Shown here: positions 55,962 to 64,000 of the stretch, piece after piece | How the letters are laid out: each line of letters begins with the position of its first letter | How positions within the stretch are numbered: position 1 is the stretch's first letter | DNA from: Ignavibacteria bacterium | GTDB lineage: Bacteria; Bacteroidota; Ignavibacteria; Kapaibacteriales; UBA2268 | DNA length: 64,000 nucleotides | Direction: 5' to 3' | Assembly (NCBI GenBank): GCA_012518115.1 | Contig: JAAYTD010000004.1 | Span: forward strand, 2,881 to 66,880 | Notes under the pieces: model-generated | Database searches by the model: none | Told to the model about the DNA's origin: nothing | Seen by the model: the letters and a program-made list of their open reading frames with translations, nothing else | Made by a program: the position numbers and the translations under genes

Positions 55962-57443
55962 TTATTTAAAAAACGGCAAATACCAAATCAGACTAGCGCG
56001 CGTTACCGAAGAAAAAGAACCGACTTCTGTAGGTACGTGATATTGTGGGTCAGTATAATGTTTCCGTGGATCATAGGACAACGAAAGTTTGTCAAAACGA
56101 AAACCGACTTTCCACTCGCCGTTAAACGTTAAAGTTCCTGCACTTTTTAAATCAAAATTAAGAAAGAAACCTATTCCTGTGTTCAAGCCTACCTTGTTAT
56201 CGATAATGTAGTGTTTGCTTAAACCGTCTGGATTGGCAGAGCGCTGATTCATAAAATAAGTAGCACCTAAAATACCATAGAAATTAACTTTATGTCGTGG
56301 AATTAGCATAGCTAAAACGGATAATTCTACTGTTTGATGTATATCAGGGTCTAATAAATGTTTTTCTATGTCGGGCAACGCATCTATATTTTTCATATTT
56401 TTTGCATAAGTATAAGAAGCTTGTGCAATAAAAGCTGTAGCAAAACGGTAACTTAAAGAACCACCGAGAGTGAGTATTCCGTCTGCTGAAACGTTTCTTA
56501 CACCTACAGTATATCGTTCTACAAATGTATTTGTGCCTATAATAGGAGCTATGCCAAGAACTCTATGATATGGATCATAGTTTTCAGGATATTCATCTAG
56601 ATATTCTTCATCTTCATAGTAATATTCTTCTTCATTTGTTTGGGAATATAAATTCATTCCTAAGAAAAACAATATTAAAAAAGTTGATAATTTAAATAAG
56701 TTTTTGGCATTTTTAGTAGTCATTTCTATAACCTCATTTATTGAAATTTTTTTTATATTAGCAATTTTTTCTGCAACAAATTTTACGTTTTCGGGAACAT
56801 TACGCTTGCTACGATTAGGGGGTGGCGTCATATACGGTCCGTCTGTTTCTAACAAAATACGCTCTAAAGGCGTAGCAAGAATTACATCATCAAGATTTAC
56901 ATTTTTGAAAGTAATGTTTGCCGTAAAAGATACGTGCAAATTTAATTTAAGTATATTTTCTAAAAAAAACAAATTACTTGAAAAACAATGTACTACGCCG
57001 CCTGAAAGTGGCAAGAGCTCATTGTGTAAAGTCTCTAACATCAAATCGTCCGATTCGCGATTATGCAAAATTATAGGCAAATCTAATTCTCTTGCTAAAC
57101 GAATTTGCGATATTAAAGCAGTTTTTTGTTCTTCATAAGAAGAAAAACTATAATGAAAATCTAAACCTATTTCACCTATAGCTACAGTCTTAGGATTACT
57201 AGCTAGAGTTTTTATCCGCTCTAATACAGACTGATTGAAAAGTTTAGCGTCATGTGGATGAACACCTATAGCTGCATAAATATTTTCGTAACTTTCTGCT
57301 AAACTTAAAGTCAAGTCAAAATCTGAAGGATTAGTTGCTGGAACTATTATTTTTTCTACTCCAGAAGCAAAGCTATGTTTTATTACTGCATCATAATCGT
57401 GCTGATATTCTGGTGAATTTAAATGACAATGTGAATCTATCAT
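55962..57443 (-). CDS. tatD: TatD-family metal-dependent DNase/hydrolase ORF continuing in frame into an OM beta-barrel-like domain
   Basis: 493 aa. Residues 1-252 form a complete TatD (IDSHCHL, GEIGLDFHY, ILHNRE, VHCFS, LETDGPY, ...TKNAKNLFKL). Residues 241-268 read as a signal peptide (MTTKNAKNLFKLSTFLILFFLGMNLYSQ). Residues 269-493 are strand-rich and end in ...WYLPFFK. Confidence 0.85.
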   Translation of the reverse strand: MIDSHCHLNSPEYQHDYDAVIKHSFASGVEKIIVPATNPSDFDLTLSLAESYENIYAAIGVHPHDAKLFNQSVLERIKTLASNPKTVAIGEIGLDFHYSFSSYEEQKTALISQIRLARELDLPIILHNRESDDLMLETLHNELLPLSGGVVHCFSSNLFFLENILKLNLHVSFTANITFKNVNLDDVILATPLERILLETDGPYMTPPPNRSKRNVPENVKFVAEKIANIKKISINEVIEMTTKNAKNLFKLSTFLILFFLGMNLYSQTNEEEYYYEDEEYLDEYPENYDPYHRVLGIAPIIGTNTFVERYTVGVRNVSADGILTLGGSLSYRFATAFIAQASYTYAKNMKNIDALPDIEKHLLDPDIHQTVELSVLAMLIPRHKVNFYGILGATYFMNQRSANPDGLSKHYIIDNKVGLNTGIGFFLNFDLKSAGTLTFNGEWKVGFRFDKLSLSYDPRKHYTDPQYHVPTEVGSFSSVTRASLIWYLPFFK

Positions 57444-57446
57444 GTA

Positions 57447-58343
57447 CTAAAAAAATAATTTAAGGTTTAGACTAAGTTTTCTATGTAGCAAAGAATAATC
57501 AGAATTAAACGGATAATATTGCTTTATGTTTCTTATCTCCGACATAACTATAGAAACAGTGTTTTTATAGAGAAACTTTAAAAGTGGATAGCTATAGCCA
57601 ATTTCTTTTATAAAAACTGGATCTAACAAATCAATCCAACGCTGCAAAATATTATCGACCAACCAACTACCTGCCCAAGGCAAAAATTCAAACCCACTGT
57701 AAATATTGCTATGCTCGTAAGAAAATCCAAGTAGCAAATGTTTAGTAAAACGAAACTCTAAACCTGCTGAACCTCGCCAACCAAATTTATATCTGTTGTC
57801 AAAAGCATTAAAAAACGACGAAGCTTCATAAACATCATAATCAAAATAACCCCACAAAAAAGAAGATGTATGGAGCAAATAAAGTTCATAAGCGTCAGTT
57901 TGATAACCAAGACCTGAACGCAGTCCAACACCGAAGTTAAATTGATTGTCATATAAATCCAACTTGTTTCTTTTGAAAAAACCGTATTTGTTAGTATTGC
58001 TTTCTATATATGCAAATTGGGACGAATAGTCAATAATTTGCGGAAAAATACTGTTTGTATCAAGAAGCAAAAAACCGTATTCAAAAGTGAAATTATTTGT
58101 TCGTGGCATATTGTCCATATGCAACTTAGCAGGCAAAAAACTATCGGAAAAACCAGTGCTAAAATTTATAAAAGGCTTAGTAATTAGGAGCTCCTGACTT
58201 GTTAAAAAAGTATGGAAAAGCTCGGATATACTTGTTTTATCTTCTTCAAATATATTATCATCTTCAAGTGAAAGTATGTTTTGACAAATTACTTCTGACG
58301 AAAAATTAGATATTATAATTATCAGAATAATAATTTTTTTCAT
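57447..58343 (-). CDS. hypothetical secreted / outer-membrane protein
   Basis: 298 aa with a signal peptide. Aromatic-rich strand pattern, C-terminal ...LNLKLFF. 3-nt gap to tatD. Confidence 0.5.
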   Translation of the reverse strand: MKKIIILIIIISNFSSEVICQNILSLEDDNIFEEDKTSISELFHTFLTSQELLITKPFINFSTGFSDSFLPAKLHMDNMPRTNNFTFEYGFLLLDTNSIFPQIIDYSSQFAYIESNTNKYGFFKRNKLDLYDNQFNFGVGLRSGLGYQTDAYELYLLHTSSFLWGYFDYDVYEASSFFNAFDNRYKFGWRGSAGLEFRFTKHLLLGFSYEHSNIYSGFEFLPWAGSWLVDNILQRWIDLLDPVFIKEIGYSYPLLKFLYKNTVSIVMSEIRNIKQYYPFNSDYSLLHRKLSLNLKLFF

Positions 58344-58481
58344 AAATTAAGTTTATATAGTTTTTCCAAGAAACAAATACAATAAAATGTTTAATTCTAT
58401 GACATAGAAAATTATTTCTACAAATATACGAAATTATTTATAAAAAAAATTATGAAATATCAATAGAAGAAACGATGAAAA

Positions 58482-60611
58482 CTATTGACATTTTAATATA
58501 CAAACAGTTTCGTCTGTTTTTTTATTTTTTTCAAATTGTTGCGAGACGACTTTTCCACTTCCTATTACTTTAGCTTGTATTCCTGCATTGTGTAACAAAG
58601 TTAGAGCTCGTCTTAAAGATAATCCTACAAGTTTAGGAACTTTTTCGTTTGTTTCAGCATTTGTGTTTGCATCAAAAGTTCTCACTTGCAACATAATATT
58701 AGTGCTTTTTTTGACAATAGTACCTGCTTTAGGAAATTGTGCAACAACAAGTCCAAGCTCTTGTTTTGGATGTGTTTTTAGATTTAATTCGTTCAAAATA
58801 TTTTTTGCTTCATCAACAGAAAGTCCTCTTAAATCAGGTACATACACATTGTTTTTGTTGCTTTTGGCGCTTTCATTTCTATCTTTTGCTATAATTATTT
58901 CTTTAGATACAGATGCCCACCGCAGAGCAATATTTTTGAATATTGGTGCTGCAACAGAACCGCCATAGAAATTAACTTGTGGTCTATCAATTAAAATTAA
59001 CAAACATATTTTTGGGTTATTTGCGGGAAAATATCCAACAAATGAAGCAAAATAATGTGATTTTGAGTATTGTCCTGATATTAATTTTTGCGAAGTTCCT
59101 GTTTTTCCTGCCACTTGTAAACCTGCAATATTTGTTCTTTTTCCTGTTCCGTCTGTTACAACTCCGCATAACAATCTGTTTAATGTTTTTGCTGTACTTT
59201 CGGAAATTACTTTACGTATTATTTGCGGTTTTACTTTTTTTACTGTGTTATTTTCTTTCGTTATTTCACTGACTAAATAAGGTTTCATAAGACTACCGCC
59301 ATTTGCAATAGCAGAATAAGCATTCGCTAGCTGAATAGGCGTAACAAGTATGCCGTAGCCAAAACCGAAAAAGCGCTTGTCAATATCTTTCATAGCATTG
59401 AATTGAGGAATTTTACCTGAAAGTTCGCCCGGAATATCTACTTGCGTAGGAAGTCCGAACCCGAAATCACGAATATATTTGTAAAATTGTTGGTCAGGAA
59501 GCTTCATAGCTACTTGCGATAAAATTATATTGCTTGAGTTTTCAAAAGCTTTACTGAAAGGAACAATGCCAAGTGGGTGTTCGTCTCGTATTGTAACACT
59601 GCCTAATTTTAATTCACCTGAAAAACCATTAAATAAATCTGTAACTTTAACAATTTTTTCTTCTAAAGCTGCTGCTGCTGTAATAGCTTTAAAAGTAGAA
59701 CCCGGCTCATAAGCATCTGTTATTGCTCTATTTCGCATAGCTTCAGATATAAAAGAAGAAGAATTATTAGGATTGAAATTCGGATAAGAAGCGGAAGCCA
59801 AAATTTCACCTGTAGAAGGCTCCATTGCAATAACTGTTCCTGAAATAGCTTGCGAGTTTAGAACACCTTGCATCAACTCAAATTCTACTATTTTCTGTAA
59901 CTCAATATCTATTGTTAAATGTAAATCATAGCCATCAAGAGGTGAAATTGTCGGTAAATTAATTGCAGGACGCAAACGACCTTTTGCATCTTTGTACATA
60001 ATCATATAGCCCGATTGACCACGTAATGTAGAATCATATTTTAACTCTACGCCACTTATACCATGATTATCTATATTTGTGCAACCTAACAATTGAGACG
60101 CAACAGAAGAATAATTGTAATAACGAATTGGTTCATCAATAAAAATAAGACCTCTATCCTTTATTTTTCGTAATTCTTCAACTTTGTTAGGTAAAACACG
60201 GCGACTTATCCAAACGAAAGCACCTTTTGCAGAATTTATTTTATCTAAAACTTTCTGTTTGTCAATGCCTATATTTTTCTCAATTAAAGTAGCTATAGTG
60301 TCTTTTTTTGTTAGAACAGTCGGATCAACAGCAACAGAAACACTTTTGATATTAGAAGCTAGTAAATTGCCATTTCTATCATATATGTTACCGCGCTTTG
60401 GTAGGAGCTCCACTTTAGATTGGTGCTGACGTTTTGCACGCTCTAAATAGTAGTCGGCATTAATAACTTGAATATAAAACAAACGAACTATTATAACTAC
60501 TATAGCGATATTTATAGCAACTATTGTAATCCAAAATTTCCAAAACTTTTTATGTCTTGTTAAATTCTCAACATTTTCTATTTCATCAGATTGCTTATCT
60601 TTTTTACTCAT
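58482..60611 (-). CDS. class B penicillin-binding protein (FtsI/PBP2-type transpeptidase) with two C-terminal PASTA domains
   Basis: 709 aa with an N-terminal TM. Motifs STFK (EPGSTFKAI), SSN (FENSSNII) and KTGT (VAGKTGTSQ). PASTA-like repeats at aa ~588-643 (VYVPDLRGLSVDEAKNILNELNL...) and ~657-709 (VPKLVGLSLRRALTLLHNAGIQAKVIGSGKVVSQ). Confidence 0.9.
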   Translation of the reverse strand: MSKKDKQSDEIENVENLTRHKKFWKFWITIVAINIAIVVIIVRLFYIQVINADYYLERAKRQHQSKVELLPKRGNIYDRNGNLLASNIKSVSVAVDPTVLTKKDTIATLIEKNIGIDKQKVLDKINSAKGAFVWISRRVLPNKVEELRKIKDRGLIFIDEPIRYYNYSSVASQLLGCTNIDNHGISGVELKYDSTLRGQSGYMIMYKDAKGRLRPAINLPTISPLDGYDLHLTIDIELQKIVEFELMQGVLNSQAISGTVIAMEPSTGEILASASYPNFNPNNSSSFISEAMRNRAITDAYEPGSTFKAITAAAALEEKIVKVTDLFNGFSGELKLGSVTIRDEHPLGIVPFSKAFENSSNIILSQVAMKLPDQQFYKYIRDFGFGLPTQVDIPGELSGKIPQFNAMKDIDKRFFGFGYGILVTPIQLANAYSAIANGGSLMKPYLVSEITKENNTVKKVKPQIIRKVISESTAKTLNRLLCGVVTDGTGKRTNIAGLQVAGKTGTSQKLISGQYSKSHYFASFVGYFPANNPKICLLILIDRPQVNFYGGSVAAPIFKNIALRWASVSKEIIIAKDRNESAKSNKNNVYVPDLRGLSVDEAKNILNELNLKTHPKQELGLVVAQFPKAGTIVKKSTNIMLQVRTFDANTNAETNEKVPKLVGLSLRRALTLLHNAGIQAKVIGSGKVVSQQFEKNKKTDETVCILKCQ

Positions 60612-60638
60612 ATTTAAATTATTTCTTTTACTAAAATA

Positions 60639-62522
60639 TTAAATATCACTTGGTAATACTAATCCTTTAATATCATCGTTGATACTATTGCTGCGCGGTG
60701 AAAGTGAAAAGTCGAAGAGCGAAACTCCGTCTGTTGAACAAGAACGTTTGTATTGATTTGCAAAAAAACGTTTCAAAAATATAGATAAACATTTATCTAT
60801 TTCTTCACTTGTATAAATGCCATAAAAAGCATTTTCCGCCAAGAATTTTACTTTTTTTGATGATAAATTAAATTTTGCAAAATACCATAAAAAGAAATCA
60901 TGCAGTATGTAAGGACCAAGGATTTCTTCAGTTTCTTGCGATATTCCTTTTTTATCGTCTGCTGGTATGAGCTCTGGCGAAATAGGAGTTTCTAAAATAT
61001 CAAGTAGAATGTTTTTTATGGAGCTATCAGAATCTTCTGCATAAGCATTTATTATTTTTTGGGCAACAGTTTTAGGAACGCCAGCATTAACATTGTAGTT
61101 TGAAATATGATCGGCATTGTAAGTTGACCAACCTAAAGCTATTTCAGAAGCATCGCCTGTTCCGACAACAATTCCACCTATTTTATTTGCATAATTAAAT
61201 AAAATCAAAGAACGCATTCTAGCTTGTGCGTTTTCATAAACAATCGTTTTTTCTGAAATGCTATGTTTTATATCTTGTAAGTGCTTAGTAACAATATCAT
61301 TTATTGGAATTTCTAAAAGTGTTGTTCTGAAATTTTCTGCAAGTTTAATTGAATTGTCTTTAGTTCTGTCAGTTGTAGCGAAACCCGGCATCGTGATTGT
61401 AATGATATTTGTTTTTGGTATATCTAAGAGCTCACAAGTACGCGTGGCAACTAAAAGTGCTAAAGTTGAATCTATGCCTCCTGATATTCCCAAAACCATT
61501 TTTGGTAAGTTTAAATGTTTTAAACGCTTAGCTAAACCAAGTGCTTGAAGCTCTAAAATTTGCATAGATACTTCTTTTGCTTTTTCAGGAATAGGGAAGT
61601 ATGGACTTTGAGGAATTTCTCTAACAAGTGAAGTTTCTACAAAATTATTGCTATTATTAAAATTGCATATAAATTCAGAATTATTGTTAATCTTGCTGCT
61701 TTTTCTTAATTTGCGTTGCAAACTATTTATAATATCTAAGTCAATTTCTGCCTTTAATCGTTGCGTTTCTAAGTGTAAAGTAGAAGTACTAGCTATGACT
61801 TTGCCAGCTTCTGCAATTAACAATTTATCGCCAAAAACACCGTCAGTTGTAGTTTCGCTTGCGTTAGAACTTACGTATATTATAGCTTGATTATTAAGTA
61901 GTGAAAGTTGTTTGATTGTTTGTTCCGTATCGTTTTCAACAGAATAAATATCTGAATGTAAGTTTATAATTACCTGTAAATCTGAAAACTTAGAGTAAGT
62001 TTCTAAATCAGGTTTTCCTAAACATACTCCTATTCTACAGTTTTCTAAATTAGGAAAATTAAAAATTAAATCACTTGCAAATGGAACAGTAGTATTCCCT
62101 AATTTAATTTTGTGTAAATTAAAATCATTGGGAATACTACAAAAATGACGTGTTTTTATATTTTTAGGAACAACTCCTATAATTTCACCACTAGATATAA
62201 AAACAGCAACATTATATAGATTGTTGTCTATTAAAAGCGGGCTGCCTATTAAAACATTAGTTATTTTTATAGCAGTGGCTAGTGCTATATCTTCTAATGC
62301 CTGAGATATTTTTGCTAATAAATCTTGCGAAAAAAACAAATCACCACAACTAGCTCCTGTAAGTGATAGCTCCGGAAAAATAAGAAGATTTATATCGTTA
62401 GAGTATTTTTCAATTTCTTCTATTATTACCGAAGAATTATAAGCGACATCTCCAATTCTTAATTCAGGTGATATAGCACGAAAAGTTAAATAATTAAAAT
62501 CATTTAAATTACTTTTTTTCAT
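60639..62522 (-). CDS. nadE: glutamine-dependent NAD+ synthetase
   Basis: 627 aa. N-terminal CN-hydrolase-like domain (LLIFPELSLTG) and C-terminal synthetase with PP-loop LGISGGIDSTL. Confidence 0.9.
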   Translation of the reverse strand: MKKSNLNDFNYLTFRAISPELRIGDVAYNSSVIIEEIEKYSNDINLLIFPELSLTGASCGDLFFSQDLLAKISQALEDIALATAIKITNVLIGSPLLIDNNLYNVAVFISSGEIIGVVPKNIKTRHFCSIPNDFNLHKIKLGNTTVPFASDLIFNFPNLENCRIGVCLGKPDLETYSKFSDLQVIINLHSDIYSVENDTEQTIKQLSLLNNQAIIYVSSNASETTTDGVFGDKLLIAEAGKVIASTSTLHLETQRLKAEIDLDIINSLQRKLRKSSKINNNSEFICNFNNSNNFVETSLVREIPQSPYFPIPEKAKEVSMQILELQALGLAKRLKHLNLPKMVLGISGGIDSTLALLVATRTCELLDIPKTNIITITMPGFATTDRTKDNSIKLAENFRTTLLEIPINDIVTKHLQDIKHSISEKTIVYENAQARMRSLILFNYANKIGGIVVGTGDASEIALGWSTYNADHISNYNVNAGVPKTVAQKIINAYAEDSDSSIKNILLDILETPISPELIPADDKKGISQETEEILGPYILHDFFLWYFAKFNLSSKKVKFLAENAFYGIYTSEEIDKCLSIFLKRFFANQYKRSCSTDGVSLFDFSLSPRSNSINDDIKGLVLPSDI

Positions 62523-62536
62523 AAGAAAAAACTTTA

Positions 62537-63304
62537 CTAAAACCTTTTGATAATTTCAAAAGCTAAATAGCGCTTCATTTCAGTGAAAGGTTTGTTCTTA
62601 GAAGCAAATATTTCTCTTAATTGCCATTCTAATGTAACATTTTCAAAAATACCGGCGCGTATCCCTAAATTTAAACGAGAGTTTTTATGTTCATCATTAA
62701 AATTAGGATTAGCTTCTACTATAACAGCAAAATATTTACCTATAGTTTGCTCAATACCACCATAAACATTAAATCCCATATTGTCTTTATTCTCTACACA
62801 ATAATTTGCTCCAATATGAGCGGAAATTTCACCTAAAGACCATTTGAAACTTTTACTTAATACAAGATAAAAACCGGGTGATAACTGATCGTAACGAAAC
62901 TTATCATTGTCATATAAACCATTACCTTGCGAACTGAAACCTATTGCTATTGCGGGAATATATACATCTTCACCTAAAACGCGCAATTTAATCTTAAAGC
63001 CAGGTAAATTTTTAGGAAAATATAATTTGTGATCTCCAATAACTCCAAAAATAGGATAGCTTATTCCGACATTTAGAAAATCGAAAGGTGCTACTTCTAA
63101 ATCTAACAATAAACCACCGTCTTCAATAAACTTAGGACAAAATAAATAATGAGACTTAGGTAACATTCCAGCATTAGGCATATCAACTAAATATCGTGAT
63201 TCATAAGTAGCTTCTGTACCTGCATTTCCTTTTGCAAAAGCAGTATTAAACAATATAGGCAACAACAAAGTTGCAAAAAAGATAAATCGTTTCATAGAAT
63301 TCAA
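62537..63304 (-). CDS. hypothetical secreted / outer-membrane protein
   Basis: 255 aa. Signal peptide FFATLLLPILFNTAFA and a strand-rich body. No family recognised. Confidence 0.5.
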   Translation of the reverse strand: MNSMKRFIFFATLLLPILFNTAFAKGNAGTEATYESRYLVDMPNAGMLPKSHYLFCPKFIEDGGLLLDLEVAPFDFLNVGISYPIFGVIGDHKLYFPKNLPGFKIKLRVLGEDVYIPAIAIGFSSQGNGLYDNDKFRYDQLSPGFYLVLSKSFKWSLGEISAHIGANYCVENKDNMGFNVYGGIEQTIGKYFAVIVEANPNFNDEHKNSRLNLGIRAGIFENVTLEWQLREIFASKNKPFTEMKRYLAFEIIKRF

Positions 63305-63407
63305 TCTAATTATATGTTTTTAAAATTAATTTATACAAAATACAAATTTACAAAAATATAATATTAAAATTATCAAAATTACAGAATAAATTTTAAAGTT
63401 GTGCCAA

Positions 63408-63513
63408 AAATTCTCCTTTTGCCCGTTTCCGGTCATTGAGTTTGTCGAAATGAGCAGAAATAAAGCACCTCCCCTGCTACGCAGGACTCCTCACAAAAGG
63501 AGAATTTGACTAC
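63408..63513. repeat. GC-rich modular repeat, locus 8 (13-bp inverted termini enclosing other modules)
   Basis: aattctccttttg (63409-63421) pairs with caaaaggagaatt (63494-63506). The interior holds gtcattgagtttgtcgaaatgagc and cacctcccctgctacgcaggactcctc, which is homologous to 53363-53400 (reverse complement) and 46989-47010. It ends with gactac. Confidence 0.85.
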
Positions 63514-63760
63514 TATATTTGGAACAAATTACTATTCAATTTGGTATTAATTATCCATTGAAACGCCCTATTCATGCGAGAAATAGCTAAAAATGTGAGA
63601 ATACTGCACAAAACAACATTAAAAATTGCATAAAATACGTACTGTAAAAATCAATATTTTTAATGTTTTTTTTTTAGGTTTTTTTTCATAAATTTGCAAT
63701 TACTGTAAGTGCATTAATGCATTTTTATAAATAATATAATAATAGTGGAAAGATACTATT

Positions 63761-64000
63761 ATGAAGAATATATTTTGGGTATTATTAATGTTTTTGTCAT
63801 TTGCCGTTAATTGCGAATCTAACGCAAAAGACAAAGTAAAATATAGCTCATACCATAATGAAAAATATGATTACAAAATGGAATATCCTGAGTTTATGAT
63901 TCCGCAAAGAGAAACTGACAATGGAGATGGCAGGATATTTATCAGTAAAGATGGAAATAACCGAATCTACGTATATCATGATAAAAGACTCAATTACGAC
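63761..64000 (+). CDS. hypothetical secreted protein (first 80 codons; continues beyond window end)
   Basis: Not in the ORF track (no stop within the window). Manual translation gives MKNIFWVLLMFLSFAVNCESNAKDKVKYSSYHNEKYDYKMEYPEF.... It has a signal or lipoprotein-like N-terminus. Confidence 0.5.
   Translation, partial: MKNIFWVLLMFLSFAVNCESNAKDKVKYSSYHNEKYDYKMEYPEFMIPQRETDNGDGRIFISKDGNNRIYVYHDKRLNYD

Noticed and set aside
56704-57138. 144-aa plus-strand ORF
   Set aside because: It is antisense to the TatD domain, which has all the expected metal-binding motifs in the sense frame.
1-64000. Search for tRNA, rRNA, tmRNA, RNase P or riboswitch-like GC-rich structured segments
   Set aside because: The only GC-rich non-coding islands are the repeat modules. 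I saw no T-loop (GTTCGAATC-like) or anticodon-arm architecture. The leaders upstream of the pur, TonB-receptor and arg genes are short and A/T-rich.

Overview
This is an AT-rich, densely coding bacterial chromosomal window. It looks like the replication-origin neighbourhood of an FCB-superphylum organism (Bacteroidota/Ignavibacteriota-like). That lineage guess is inferred from PorU/PorV, T9SS C-terminal sorting domains, CarboxypepD_reg-type TonB receptors and frequent SD-like motifs. dnaA (3724-5217) follows about 600 bp of extremely A/T-rich non-coding DNA, and gene orientation flips there (minus to the left, plus to the right). Most genes are housekeeping: tatC, plsY, hslO, secG, argD, purS/purQ, panD, frr, polA, gpmI, hldD, uvrB, nadE and a class-B PBP. 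The rest are envelope genes: a porU-porV pair, a second giant C25-like T9SS cargo protein, three TonB-dependent or OM beta-barrel receptors, several small uncharacterised OM-type proteins and two GT2 glycosyltransferases. The only clear accessory cassette is a compact Type II R-M pair (13168-15166). I found no rRNA, tRNA, CRISPR array, transposase or prophage genes. Four things are worth follow-up. (1) A modular family of GC-rich hairpin repeats occupies at least 8 intergenic sites; module order is shuffled, stems are conserved and loops vary. (2) A TatD nuclease ORF has no stop codon and runs in frame into an OM beta-barrel-like gene, which carries its own internal SD, ATG and signal peptide. 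(3) The R-M methyltransferase carries a C-terminal SNase-like domain that appears catalytically degenerate. (4) A His-rich small membrane protein sits directly upstream of a TonB receptor with a CxxC plug motif. All functional calls rest on by-eye motif recognition; no database search was possible.
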